A stretch of DNA of 64,000 nt from an uncultured delta proteobacterium (GCA_963727625.1 CAVSHR010000008.1:1-64000), one strand, 5' to 3'. Positions 43,529-54,121 are shown, counted from the first letter of the stretch. Numbers and translations are program-made. The notes: generated by a model from the letters alone, not told the origin.

Positions 43529-44271
43529 AAGACAACCCCGTCTGGAGCGAAAGCTTGGAAGTCTATTTCAGCGAAGGCCATGGCTTCACGGTCTATTTCT
43601 ATCTGCTGATCATTCTCACCCCCGTGGAATTTTTATCGTTGTATGTGCCGTCCTTGGACAGCCAACAGTGGAGCGGGTCGGCGAGTCTTTTTAAGGTTAC
43701 CGCGATAACCGCGATGCTTCTCCTGGTCTATTTTTCTTTGCGGGTGGCCAATCAGGAATTCGCCCCCTGGCGATTCAAGCCACTCAAGTATTGGCTGCGC
43801 GATCAGGGACAGTCGACGGTCGCGGTGAGCCGGGCGCAACTCTATTTTCTGTTACTTCACATCGGCTTATCGCTGCTCTTGTGTGGGCCGCTGCTGGTTT
43901 GGGCCGGTGCCATCGCGCGCACTCCGGCGGCAAATATCGCCATGATCTTTTTGCTTTTACCCTTTTACGCGTTGTGCTACGGCGTGTGGGGATTGGCGAC
44001 TCTGGCGCTGTGGGAGCGCCGGATCGAAACCCGGCAGGTTTTCATTCGCAGTTTTTTTGTTTGTTTGGTGATTCTCTCGGCGTTATTTTATCTGCCTTTG
44101 AATCCAGTGGCTTACCTGCTGGCTTCTTTAAGCCGTCAGGCGCTGCCGCCGCTTTCATTATTTGGCTGGCAGTGGTCGGGAACGGTCGTCCATCTAACTT
44201 TTCACTGCTTGCTCGGCGGCGTCGGTTTTGCAGTGCACCGCTGGGCGCTCAGGCGGGAGCCGTTGTTTTGA
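43525..44271 (+). CDS. Multi-pass membrane protein (ABC-permease-like)
   Basis: About 6 TM segments, and overlapping start/stop with both neighbours. Confidence 0.55.
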   Translation: MKDNPVWSESLEVYFSEGHGFTVYFYLLIILTPVEFLSLYVPSLDSQQWSGSASLFKVTAITAMLLLVYFSLRVANQEFAPWRFKPLKYWLRDQGQSTVAVSRAQLYFLLLHIGLSLLLCGPLLVWAGAIARTPAANIAMIFLLLPFYALCYGVWGLATLALWERRIETRQVFIRSFFVCLVILSALFYLPLNPVAYLLASLSRQALPPLSLFGWQWSGTVVHLTFHCLLGGVGFAVHRWALRREPLF

Positions 44272-45698
44272 GCCTGGACGAGAAAATTCTCGAAAAAAAG
44301 CTTGCCGAGCTGCTTGCTTGGGAGCGGCGCAAGCACTGGGAGGGGATTTTTGTCTCGACCCTTTGCGTGGCTCTGGCACTCGCCATCGGCATTGCGCCAC
44401 TGCACGCTTTCCTGCCCATCGGCGGGCTGCGCTGGCTGATTCCCGTCGTTTTGCTCGCCGCGCTGGCGCCGATCGCTTGTTATCGGCAGCGCTGGGCGCA
44501 CCAGGACTCCGCGCGCGCGTTGGCGCGCTTAGACAAAAGTCTCAGTCTCCATGAGCGCGCTGTGACCGCATGGGAGTTGTCGGGGCGCCATGAAACCGGC
44601 GGCGCGGCGCAATTGGTGTTCAAACAGGCGCAGGAGCAATTACGTCAAGTTGACATGCGCCGGCTCTTTCCGCGGCGCCGGGGCTGGCCAGCCTATCTTG
44701 CGTTGCCGCTTTTGATTCTCTGGTTTACCCTGCTGTGGCTCGACTTTGATCGCTGGACCTTGGATAACCAGCGTTTCGTGGGGCCGCAAGCGCTCGTTCA
44801 CCGGGCGCGCCAATATTCCCGCGAGCTGCAGGAGAAAGCCAAGAGCGAAGGTTTGCGCGAAACCCTAAAACTGGGCCAGGAGATCGAAAAGGTCGCGGAA
44901 AAAAGCATCGACAAAAAAACTTCCGAGGAGTCGTTCAAGAAGGAACTTGCCGGCGTGACCCAGAAATTCGATGACCAGGCAAAGGCTGGGGCCGGCCAGG
45001 ATTCTTTCACCGTCGCGGCAAGCCAGCAAAGCCTCAAGGATCTGAAAGCCGAATTAGAGGCGGCGCGCGATTTTTCCCAACTTGCAGATTTTCCTAAGGG
45101 ATCTGAAGAGCAGGGCCGACAGTGGATGGAACGGCTGGCGGCGATGCCGCAGCTCAAGCGCCAGTTCGATCAGGCGGAGCGCTCCGAACAAAGGCCCGGG
45201 CAAGGGCAACTCAAATCCTTTCTCGATAAATTGGATCAACAGGTCACTGGTGAGTTGGACCGGCGCGCGCTTATTGATGCTCAACAATATTTGCAGCAGA
45301 TGATGCAGCAGGGGCAAGGCGAACAGGGAAAAAATTACGCGCGCAGTAGCGGTCAAGGTGAAGAAGATTTGCCCACTGATGGCGCCAAAGAAAAAAATAA
45401 CAACAATTTGCCCGGCAAGGAGCCAGGAAAGAAGAGCGATGAAGCGCGCTCTCTGCCCGCGTTTCGCGCCGATGCCTCGACGCAGGTAAAGGGTGCCCTC
45501 GGCGCGGGAGAGAGCAGCGTGTTGTTTTTCAAAGGCAAGCCCACGCCGGGTAAGACAAACGTGCCGCAGGAAGAAATCATTGCCTCGTACCGGCGCCAAG
45601 CTGAGCAGGAGCTCAACTCCGAGCACGTTCCCGAGGCGCTCAAGGAGACGATTAAGAATTATTTCCTGTCGCTGGGCGGGAGCGAAAGCGGTAAATGA
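44268..45698 (+). CDS. Membrane-anchored coiled-coil protein of MoxR cluster
   Basis: TTG start overlaps the upstream stop. TMs, LHERAVTAWEL, a Q/E/K coiled coil and C-terminal VPEALKETIKNYF. Confidence 0.65.
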   Translation: MSLDEKILEKKLAELLAWERRKHWEGIFVSTLCVALALAIGIAPLHAFLPIGGLRWLIPVVLLAALAPIACYRQRWAHQDSARALARLDKSLSLHERAVTAWELSGRHETGGAAQLVFKQAQEQLRQVDMRRLFPRRRGWPAYLALPLLILWFTLLWLDFDRWTLDNQRFVGPQALVHRARQYSRELQEKAKSEGLRETLKLGQEIEKVAEKSIDKKTSEESFKKELAGVTQKFDDQAKAGAGQDSFTVAASQQSLKDLKAELEAARDFSQLADFPKGSEEQGRQWMERLAAMPQLKRQFDQAERSEQRPGQGQLKSFLDKLDQQVTGELDRRALIDAQQYLQQMMQQGQGEQGKNYARSSGQGEEDLPTDGAKEKNNNNLPGKEPGKKSDEARSLPAFRADASTQVKGALGAGESSVLFFKGKPTPGKTNVPQEEIIASYRRQAEQELNSEHVPEALKETIKNYFLSLGGSESGK

Positions 45699-45710
45699 GA
45701 AAAAACAGGT

Positions 45711-45767
45711 TGGGGTGTTGGAGTGATGAAGTGGCGGGCCGGCCCAATGCGCCAACGGTCCATCGCA
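45711..45767. repeat. Degenerate inverted octamer repeats
   Basis: TGGGGTGT TGGAGTGA TGAAGTGG ... CCAATGCG CCAACGGT CCATCGCA. Confidence 0.35.
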
Positions 45768-45794
45768 TTAATCTTTGTAGCTAGGAGTCGTCAT

Positions 45795-46802
45795 ATGCCA
45801 TCCGCAAAAGAAATCGAGCAGCGCATCGAAACCGCGCGCCACTCGTTTGACCAAGTCAAGGCCGAAATGGCGCGGGTCATCGTCGGCCATGACGAGTTGA
45901 TCGAGCAGGCGTTCGTCGCGCTGGTCTGCGGCGGCCATTGCTTGCTCGAAGGCGTGCCGGGCTTGGGTAAGACTTTAATGGTGCGCCGGCTCGGCGAAAT
46001 TTTGAGTCTTAGCTTTTCGCGCATTCAATTCACTCCCGATCTCATGCCCGCCGATATCACCGGCACCAATATGCTCACCGACGATCCTTCCGGGCGCAAA
46101 ATTTTCGATTTTCAGCGCGGCCCGGTTTTCGCGAACATCGTCCTAGCCGATGAAATCAATCGCGCCACGCCGAAGACGCAGTCGGCCCTGCTCGAGGCGA
46201 TGCAAGAGCAAAGCGTAACGGTGGGCGGCAAGCTCCATCGACTGGAGAATCCGTTCATGGTGCTGGCCACGCAAAATCCAATCGAGATGGAAGGCACCTA
46301 TCCGCTGCCCGAAGCCCAGGTGGATCGGTTCTTTTTTAAGTTGCTGCTGCAATATCCCAACCGTGAGGAATTAGGCCGCATCGCCGATCTGACCACAGCG
46401 GCGCCGGCACCGGTGCTGAACGAAGTGCTGGACGGTCCGGCGATTTTGCAGATGCGTCAATGGGTCCGCGAAGTTCCGCTGGCTGAAGTAGTCAAGGATT
46501 ACGCGGTCCGTTTGGTCATGAGCACCCACCCGCAGCAAAAGCAGGGCAACGGATCGGGCGGCTTGGCGCAGCAGTTCGTCATTTACGGCTCCAGCCCGCG
46601 CGGACTGCAGAGCTTGATCTTGGCCGGCAAAGCGCGCGCGCTTTTGGCCGGCCGGCCGAACGTTTCCTTCGACGACATCCGCGCGTTGTTGCTGCCGAGC
46701 CTGTGCCACCGCCTGATTCTCAATTTGGAAGCCGACGCCGAAGGCGTCAATACGGAAAAAATCCTGCGCGAGCTGGTTGAACAGGTCGCCGAGGTGCCTT
46801 AG
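45795..46802 (+). CDS. MoxR-family AAA+ ATPase
   Basis: EGVPGLGKT, RIQFTPDLMPAD, DEINRATPKTQSALLE and ATQNPIEMEGTYPLPEAQ motifs. RBS AGGAG. Confidence 0.95.
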   Translation: MPSAKEIEQRIETARHSFDQVKAEMARVIVGHDELIEQAFVALVCGGHCLLEGVPGLGKTLMVRRLGEILSLSFSRIQFTPDLMPADITGTNMLTDDPSGRKIFDFQRGPVFANIVLADEINRATPKTQSALLEAMQEQSVTVGGKLHRLENPFMVLATQNPIEMEGTYPLPEAQVDRFFFKLLLQYPNREELGRIADLTTAAPAPVLNEVLDGPAILQMRQWVREVPLAEVVKDYAVRLVMSTHPQQKQGNGSGGLAQQFVIYGSSPRGLQSLILAGKARALLAGRPNVSFDDIRALLLPSLCHRLILNLEADAEGVNTEKILRELVEQVAEVP

Positions 46803-46808
46803 CGGATT

Positions 46809-47843
46809 ATGAGCCAAGAGTCTAGAGTATCCAGTTTGACGCAGGGGCCGGCAAAAATCGCCGCAAGCGTGGCGGCTTTCTTGCGCGGCTCTCGGCGTGA
46901 AAAGATCGTTCCGCCGCTCGCGCATCCGGCCGCTGGATCTCAACCCGAGACCCCAGAGGCAAAATCGGAAACCTTCTTCGATACCGAGTTCCTGCGCAAA
47001 ATCGAGCGTCTTCGTCTGGTCGCCAAGCGGCTCAGCTGGGCGGGCGCCAAAGGCGAGCATGCCGCGTCACGCAAGGGTTTTAGCCTGGAGTTCTCCGACT
47101 ACCGGCGCTACCAGCGGGGCGATGACCTGCGCTACGTCGACTGGAATATTTACCGCCGGCTCGATCGCCTGCTCCTCAAAGTCTTCACTTCCGAGGAGGA
47201 GTTAAACATTTATCTGCTGGTCGACACCAGCCGCTCGATGGCCGAAGGCGCCCCGGCGAAGCTCGACTACGCCAAGAAGGTTGCGGCGGCGCTGGGTTAC
47301 ATCGGTCTTAAAAATCTCGATCGGGTCGGCGGCGCCTGTTTCTCGACCCGCATCCACGAGCCGTTGACCCTGGGACGGGGCAGAAAACAGATTCTCAACC
47401 TGTTCCGCTTCCTCGGCAAACTTTCCTGCGGCGGTGAAACCAACCTGCGCGCGGCGGTCCACTCGTTTACCAATCTCTTTCCGCATCCGGGTTTCGTCGT
47501 GATCGTCAGCGATTTGTTCGATCCGGCCGGCTGGCGCGCGGCTCTGGAAGAGCTTCGCGCGAAGCGACACCAACTGCTGGTCATCCATGTCGTCGACGAG
47601 CAGGAGATCCGTCCCGAGCCCCGAGGCGACGTGGCCTTGGTTGACGTCGAGGGCGGCGCCGAGCGCAAGCTGTTTCTCGACGCCCAACTGGTTAAACGCT
47701 TCGAGGAAGAATTGGCGGCTTACTTTAAAGAGATCGAAACCATGTGCACCGGCCGGGGCATCGACTATTTGCGCACGACCACTCGGGTACCCTTCGAAGA
47801 GTTCGTTTTACAGACGCTGCGCCAGGTGAGCAGCGTGGCGTAA
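46809..47843 (+). CDS. DUF58 domain protein
   Basis: EFSDYRRYQRGDDLRYVDWN, DTSRSM and VSD motifs. Confidence 0.92.
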   Translation: MSQESRVSSLTQGPAKIAASVAAFLRGSRREKIVPPLAHPAAGSQPETPEAKSETFFDTEFLRKIERLRLVAKRLSWAGAKGEHAASRKGFSLEFSDYRRYQRGDDLRYVDWNIYRRLDRLLLKVFTSEEELNIYLLVDTSRSMAEGAPAKLDYAKKVAAALGYIGLKNLDRVGGACFSTRIHEPLTLGRGRKQILNLFRFLGKLSCGGETNLRAAVHSFTNLFPHPGFVVIVSDLFDPAGWRAALEELRAKRHQLLVIHVVDEQEIRPEPRGDVALVDVEGGAERKLFLDAQLVKRFEEELAAYFKEIETMCTGRGIDYLRTTTRVPFEEFVLQTLRQVSSVA

Positions 47844-47846
47844 GTT

Positions 47847-50800
47847 ATGGTTTGGCGCCTACCCCTCGCGCTTTTGTTACTTGCCGGGGCGATACCGCTC
47901 ATCCTATTTTTGCACAGCCTTAAGCCGCGCGGGCTGCGGGTGCGGACCACGACCATGTTCCTGTGGGAGCGAGTCTTGCGCGAGCGAACGCTCGGCACCC
48001 GGCTCGGCTGGCTCCTGCGCAAAAACCTCCTGCTCATTCTGCAGCTTCTGGCGGCCGCGGCGCTGGTTGCCGCGCTTGCCGACCCCTGGCTGCGTTACTT
48101 CGGTTCCGCCACCGGCGATATCGTTGCGGTCGTCGATCTAAGCGCCAGCATGAAAGCCAAAAGCAAAATCGGCTCGCGCTTCGATGCGGCGCGGCGCCAA
48201 TTGCTGGCGCTGGTCGACGACCTCGGCGCAGGACAAAAAATGATGATCATCGGCGCCGGCGCGCAACCAAGATTGCTCGTGCCCTTCAGCAGCGACAAGC
48301 GCCGGCTGGCGGATCTAGCGCGCGGTCTGGAAGCCACCGACGCACCGGGACGCGTAAAAGAAGCGATTCTCTTTGCTCACGCCTTTCTCAAGCGCGGCAG
48401 CCCGGACCGCGTCGTGGTCATCAGCGACGGCGCTTTTGCCGGCGCTGATGAGTTTGTCAAGCCGGCGGCGCAGCTGCGCTTCTTCATAGTCGAGGGCGGT
48501 AAGGATAACGTCGGCATCGTCGGCCTCGAGGCGCGGCGCCAGCCTAAGTATCCCTCATCCGCCGAGATTATGGTGCATGTGAAAAATTTCACCGACCATG
48601 CGGTGCGCGCGCCGCTCAACTTGACCCTCGACGGCAAGACGCTGGCGCGCCGAGAGATCGAGCTCGGTGCCCATGACCGACGCGTGCTGATCTTTCCCTA
48701 CGACGGCGGGATGGACGGCCAGTTGCTTGCCCGTTTGGAAATCGACGATGATTTCACCACCGACAATCAGGCTTATCTGGCGCTTGCCGACCGCGCGCCG
48801 CTGCGGGTTCTCTATGTCGGCCCGGGAAATCCTTATCTCACTCGTCTCCTGAGATTGTTCTCCCAGGTTCAGCTCAGCACTGCGCCGCAGTGGGAGCCGG
48901 AACTGGCGCAAGCCCAGCCGGCGTTCGATATGATCATTTTCGACCGCACGGCAGCGCCGGCGCTGAGCCAGGGCAATTTTATTCTCATCGACACGACGGC
49001 GCCGAATTTGCCCATCGAGCTCAAGGGCAAGATGCAAAATCCCCGCGTGCTGTCACCGTTGGCGAAGCATCCGCTCACCGAGGGTTTGAGCTTGGGGGAT
49101 CTCAGGGTGAGGGAAGCCCGGCGAGTCACGATCACCGGCGCGGGGACGGTGTTGGCTCGCGCCGCTGAAGGGCCAATGATGTACGTCCTGGACAAGGGCA
49201 GCCTGCGCGTGTTGTTTCTTGGCTTCGACTTGACGGCGTCCGATTTGCCGCTGCGGGTCGCCTTTCCGGTCTTGTTCAACAACGCGCTGGAGTGGTTTCA
49301 ACCCGGGCGGCTGGAGTTTCCCGGCCAGAGCGCGCAGGCGGGCGCTCCGGTGATCTTGCGCTCGGCGCAGGGCGACGGCGTACTGGAAATCACCGCGCCG
49401 TCTGGCAGGCGCGAGCAGTTGAACGCGCCGGGCGGACCCTTAGCTTTCACCGATACCTTTGAAGCTGGCTTTTACACTCTCAAGGGCGCCGGGAAGGCCG
49501 GCCGCTTCGCGGTCAATTTGTTCGACGAAGAAGAATCCGAGATTGTTCCGCGGGTGAATTTGGCTGCATCGTCGACGTTTAGCGCGGAGCCAAGCAGTGC
49601 GCTCGAAAGCGGTTTTTCGCTATGGCCGCTGCTGCTGGGCGCGGTGCTGTTTTTCCTCGGCTTGGAGCTCGTTCTGGCGATTCGCCAGGGGCTGCCGCTT
49701 TATCCGGTGTTAATCCGCGGCGGAGCGCTGGTGATGTTGGTGCTGGCGCTGGTCAATCCTCGGTTGTTTCGCTCGGCCACCGCTCTCGATGTGGTTCTGG
49801 GTGTCGATCTTTCGCGCAGCGTTGGCCAAGAGGGGCGCGAGAAGGTGCAAGCGTTGCTCGAGGCAGCGCGCCGTTTTAAAAACCCCGACGTGCGCACCGG
49901 GCTGATGGCGTTTGGCCGCGCACCGGAGTGGGAGTCGTTGCCGCGCGAGGAGCCGCCGGCGGGCGACTTCGAGGGGCGCTTGGAGCGCGACGAGACCGAC
50001 ATTGAAGCGGCACTGCAAGCCGCGCTGGCGCAGATCGGCGAAGGCCGACAGGGGAAAATTCTGATGATTTCTGACGGCAACGAAAATCGTGGCGAGACGG
50101 CCCGCGTCATTCCCCTGCTGCGCGCCCAGGAGGTGCAGGTTTGGACCATGCCGGTGAGCCTGTCGCGTGGGCGCAATGAAATTTATTTGAGCGATCTAAC
50201 GCTGCCGCGGCTGGTCGACAGCGCCGAAGGGTTTGAAGTCCACGCCACCATCGAGAGTTTGCGCCAAGTGCCGGCGCGAGTGCGTTTGTTGCGCGATGGC
50301 GTTTTGCATGCCGAACAGGAGATCGAGCTCAAAGCGGGCAGCAACGCGGTGGCTTTTCGTGACAGCCTGACAGAACGGGGCAATCATTCCTACGAGCTGC
50401 TGGTGGAGTCGCCCGACGATACTTTGGCGGAAAATAACTTGCTGCAGGGCGTCGTGGCGGTGAAGGGTCCGCCGCGGGTGCTCCTGTTATCGTCTCGAGA
50501 GGACAGCCAGCGGGTCGTCGCGCGGGTCTTGCGGGTGCAAGGCTATGCGGTGGTAGAGTCCGCGCCGCAGTCTCATTCGCTGTCGCTCGCCGAGCTCTCA
50601 GCTTACGATCTTTTGGTGCTCGATAACGTTCCGGCGTATCAACTTTCTCACGCCAAGATGGAGAACATCGAAAAATATGTGCGCGACTTGGGTGGTGGCG
50701 TGCTGGTGATCGGCGGTTCGCAGAGCTACGGGGCCGGTGGCTATTTTCGCACACCGCTGGAGCGGATCTTGCCGGTCGATATGCGCCCGCCGGCCCGTCT

Positions 50801-52178
50801 GGATATGCCTCATGTGGCGCTGCTGTTTGTTATCGACAAGTCCGGCAGCATGGGCTCGGGCGCGGAGGGTAGCACCAAGCTCGATCTCGCCAAGGCGGCG
50901 GCAATCGCCGCCGCCGATATCATGAACCCGACCGACCAAGTGGGCATTCTCGCCTTCGATGCCGGTTGGGATTGGGCCTTGCCGTTTCGCCAGGTCGGCA
51001 AAGGTGAGTGGATCTCCGAACGGCTCTCGTCTTTGGATTCCGACGGCGGCACGGATCTTTACAAGGCGATGGTCGAAGCGCATCGGGCAATCGCCGGCAA
51101 ACAGGCTGCGATCAAGCATGTGATCGTACTCTCGGACGGGCTCACCGATAAAGCCGACTTTAACACTCTGGTCGGCAAGATGGCGCGCGAGGGCATCACG
51201 GTATCGACGGTTTCCGTAGGCAGTGACGCCGACGTGCAGCTGATGGCCGACATCGCCAAGAACGGCAAGGGACGGGGCTACGTCGCACTCGATCCCCAAA
51301 CCATCCCGCAGATTTTCACCACCGAGACACTGCTGATCTCGCGCGATCTGTTGATCGACAAAACGGTGACGCCGACTATCGTCGCGTCCAGCGGGCCGCT
51401 CAAAGGCATCGCGCCAAGCAATTTGCCGTTGCTGCGCGGCTACGTGCTGACGTATCCAAAGCCCCGCGCGGAGCTGTTAATGCGAGCTGACAAAGATCCG
51501 TTGCTGATCGCCTGGCGTTACGGCCTGGGCCGAGTGATGGCGTTTACCTCGGACTTGAGCGGGCGATGGGGTCGAGATTGGGTGACCTGGCCGGGCTTTT
51601 CTCAATGGGCAAGCCAACTGGCGCGTGACACGATGCGGAAAATACTCGACACCGCAATGCGCACCGAATTTCACGCCGACGGCGACGCGATCAAAGTGGT
51701 CACTGATCTAGTATCGCGCGACGGCAAATTTCTCAATTACCTGACGGTAAGAGCCAATATCACGGCGCCGAATCAGGCGAGCCGACAGCAAATCTTTCAG
51801 CAGACGGCGCCGGGCCGCTACCAAGGCAAATTCGTCCCGGCGGCGCGCGGCATTCACTTCATTTCGCTCTATGCCGAGGGCAATCCAGGAGAAGCGCCGG
51901 TATCGGTGGCGACGGTTCCTTACATCGCGCCCTATCCGAGGGAGTATCGCGATCTCAAACCCAATCTGTCTTTATTAAGCCGGCTCGCCGAAGAAACCGG
52001 TGGTGAAATGCTCGACCCGGAAAAATTTACCGACGGTCTAAAACGCTTGTACACTCCGACACCCGGAAAGGGCAAACAGGGACAAGAGACCTGGTGGCCG
52101 CTCACCGGCGCGGCGCTGATTTTATTTCTCGCGGATTTGGTGTTGCGGCAATGGCGCGGCCGCGCCATTCTCGCCTGA
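47847..52178 (+). CDS. Large BatA / multi-VWA / GATase-like membrane protein (1443 aa)
   Basis: BatA-type N-terminus, three MIDAS DxSxS motifs (DLSAS, DLSRS, DKSGS) and a GGGVLVIGG..SYGAGGY GATase1-like domain. Confidence 0.85.
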   Translation: MVWRLPLALLLLAGAIPLILFLHSLKPRGLRVRTTTMFLWERVLRERTLGTRLGWLLRKNLLLILQLLAAAALVAALADPWLRYFGSATGDIVAVVDLSASMKAKSKIGSRFDAARRQLLALVDDLGAGQKMMIIGAGAQPRLLVPFSSDKRRLADLARGLEATDAPGRVKEAILFAHAFLKRGSPDRVVVISDGAFAGADEFVKPAAQLRFFIVEGGKDNVGIVGLEARRQPKYPSSAEIMVHVKNFTDHAVRAPLNLTLDGKTLARREIELGAHDRRVLIFPYDGGMDGQLLARLEIDDDFTTDNQAYLALADRAPLRVLYVGPGNPYLTRLLRLFSQVQLSTAPQWEPELAQAQPAFDMIIFDRTAAPALSQGNFILIDTTAPNLPIELKGKMQNPRVLSPLAKHPLTEGLSLGDLRVREARRVTITGAGTVLARAAEGPMMYVLDKGSLRVLFLGFDLTASDLPLRVAFPVLFNNALEWFQPGRLEFPGQSAQAGAPVILRSAQGDGVLEITAPSGRREQLNAPGGPLAFTDTFEAGFYTLKGAGKAGRFAVNLFDEEESEIVPRVNLAASSTFSAEPSSALESGFSLWPLLLGAVLFFLGLELVLAIRQGLPLYPVLIRGGALVMLVLALVNPRLFRSATALDVVLGVDLSRSVGQEGREKVQALLEAARRFKNPDVRTGLMAFGRAPEWESLPREEPPAGDFEGRLERDETDIEAALQAALAQIGEGRQGKILMISDGNENRGETARVIPLLRAQEVQVWTMPVSLSRGRNEIYLSDLTLPRLVDSAEGFEVHATIESLRQVPARVRLLRDGVLHAEQEIELKAGSNAVAFRDSLTERGNHSYELLVESPDDTLAENNLLQGVVAVKGPPRVLLLSSREDSQRVVARVLRVQGYAVVESAPQSHSLSLAELSAYDLLVLDNVPAYQLSHAKMENIEKYVRDLGGGVLVIGGSQSYGAGGYFRTPLERILPVDMRPPARLDMPHVALLFVIDKSGSMGSGAEGSTKLDLAKAAAIAAADIMNPTDQVGILAFDAGWDWALPFRQVGKGEWISERLSSLDSDGGTDLYKAMVEAHRAIAGKQAAIKHVIVLSDGLTDKADFNTLVGKMAREGITVSTVSVGSDADVQLMADIAKNGKGRGYVALDPQTIPQIFTTETLLISRDLLIDKTVTPTIVASSGPLKGIAPSNLPLLRGYVLTYPKPRAELLMRADKDPLLIAWRYGLGRVMAFTSDLSGRWGRDWVTWPGFSQWASQLARDTMRKILDTAMRTEFHADGDAIKVVTDLVSRDGKFLNYLTVRANITAPNQASRQQIFQQTAPGRYQGKFVPAARGIHFISLYAEGNPGEAPVSVATVPYIAPYPREYRDLKPNLSLLSRLAEETGGEMLDPEKFTDGLKRLYTPTPGKGKQGQETWWPLTGAALILFLADLVLRQWRGRAILA

Positions 52179-52187
52179 GACCATTGC

Positions 52188-52844
52188 TTGAGCATCCTTC
52201 GGCGCGCCGAGGATCTCAAGGGCAAGAGAATTGGCCCGGCCCGCTTCGACGGCTCTTCGCATATCTCCGCATTGATCGCGCTGCAACACCTGGGTCTCGA
52301 TTTAAAGCGCGATCGAATCATTCTGGTGAAAACCGGTTTAGAGATCCGGACCGCATGGCGGAGCTGGCGGCCAAGGCGATCGATGCCGGCGTGCTCCAAC
52401 GGGTGGCGACCGAAGTGGTGGTCGGTAAAGGAAATTACCCGCTGCTCAATATGCACCAGGCCCAAGCCTTACCAAAACACCGGTCTCACGGTTTAGAAGA
52501 GCTACGCTGCCGCCAACCCGAGCGTGATCGATGGATTTACCCGCGCGACCATCGAAGCCTACGGCTATATTTTCAAGAAGGAGAACAAGCAGGCGGTTAA
52601 ATAAGTTCTCGCGCGCAATCCCCGTCTGGCCAATAGGGATGCCGCCGAAGACTTTGATCTCGAAGCGCAAGACGAGCTCGACCGCAAACCGTATCCATCG
52701 CTCGACGGTTTCAAGACCGTAATCAAATACGTCGCCGAGCAAAATCCCGAGGCCGCCGTAAAAGTCGAGGAGATCGGCGACAACAGCGGGCTCAAGAAAT
52801 TGGAAAGCGAGGGATTTTTCGACAAGGTGTATGGCGGGAGGTAG
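52188..52844 (+). pseudogene. Frameshifted remnant of NMT1/SsuA-like ABC substrate-binding protein
   Basis: Fragments in different frames: EDLKGKRIG..ALQHLGLD..RD and RKPYPSLDGFKTV..KLESEGFFDKVY. No N-terminus. Confidence 0.7.
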
Positions 52845-53926
52845 AGGTACGTACACTTTTCTCCGGCGTCCGAGCCCGTGATCTAGTTGTTCCAGTGATT
52901 TTTCATATCCACACGATCGACCAATCGAGTTTCGCTGCTTCAACGGTCGGCCCCGGAAGATTGCCCATGCGACCGCGTGTGCTCTTGGAAGCGTGTCGCG
53001 CTTCGATGAATCGCTGGACTTCATCCTTGGCTGACTTCTCTGCTCAGCGCGAGGGTAGCGACGCAGCGGTCATTAAATAATGACAGTCGGCTTGCTTCGC
53101 ATTGTTCCATTCACCTGCATTCTGTGCGGCGCAAAGGTTGGTGAGCTTAACGGTAGAAAATGATCGAGCTGTGGCCGGCTCGCCTGTCGGCGTCACTTTC
53201 TGAGAGGCTCGTTGAAGGGCTTGCGGGGAGTTTGTTCGAAGGGTGTGAACGCGGCTAGGCAAAATGGGCTCAACCCAGCCGTAAAAAAATAGCAATCTTT
53301 GTTTTTTTGTGTTAGAGGTAAATCACACCGCGTTTGACCACCGCGTTAGCATTTGCTGACCCGCTTAACCCCTTTGTGCTGAGGCTCTTTCACTGATGGT
53401 TCCTCGATGAACAAATTCTCCATTGGGCTTGGTCGAGTTTTGGGGTATCGCTGTTTGCTGCGAATGAACCTTTGCGCTTGGCCCGGCCATTTACTTTTGA
53501 CGCGACCTTAGCGGCGCAACCTTGACGACAGGGCAGTGTGCATTACCGTACGACAAAATTGACATTCTTCGTTCAGAGTGACCGACCCCCTTTGGACCTG
53601 CCGCCTCATTATTTGGCACCGAATTCTTGAGCGCATACTGAATGGGCAGGTCGCCAACGCGCGGTCCGATTAAGACCGCATGGACCCCTAAGGAATCCTT
53701 TTGATTTTAGAGAGGTTTCAGCCTTTGGGGGGAGAAGTTGGAGGCCTTGACCAGGCTGATTGGGGATTAAGGTGAGCGCAGTTTAAATGGCCTTATGATT
53801 GCATTCATTTATCGGTGTCGTACGTCTAAAAAAGAGTGAGCTGATGAAGTGGCCGAGAAGGAGATGACAGTCAAGCGTTTAATATAGAGTTTGGAACACG
53901 TTGATTCGCACCAGAAAGGAGGGTCA

Positions 53927-54121
53927 ATGGCGCCTGGAGACCTATTAAAAACTGTCAAACCTATTCGATCGCAGAAAACGGGTGTTTTGCTGCCGCGAGA
54001 AGGGACCTTTGTCAGAATCGTCGAGAATATGGGTCGCCAACTGATCCTGGTCAATTTCGGCGCGGCCGGTTACGAGTACATCTTCCCCGAAGAAATCTTG
54101 CCCGAACCTGCTAATTTCTGA
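53927..54121 (+). CDS. Small hypothetical protein, 64 aa
   Basis: Strong RBS AAAGGAGG. Sequence MAPGDLLKTVKPIRS...EYIFPEEI looks like a small beta-barrel. Confidence 0.65.
   Translation: MAPGDLLKTVKPIRSQKTGVLLPREGTFVRIVENMGRQLILVNFGAAGYEYIFPEEILPEPANF

Noticed and set aside
43791-44267. N-terminal extension of the 635-aa ORF
   Set aside because: It overlaps the membrane protein gene. The TTG at 44268 overlapping the upstream stop is more plausible.
53613-53630. TTGGCAC as a second sigma-54 promoter
   Set aside because: There is no TTGC at the -12 position.
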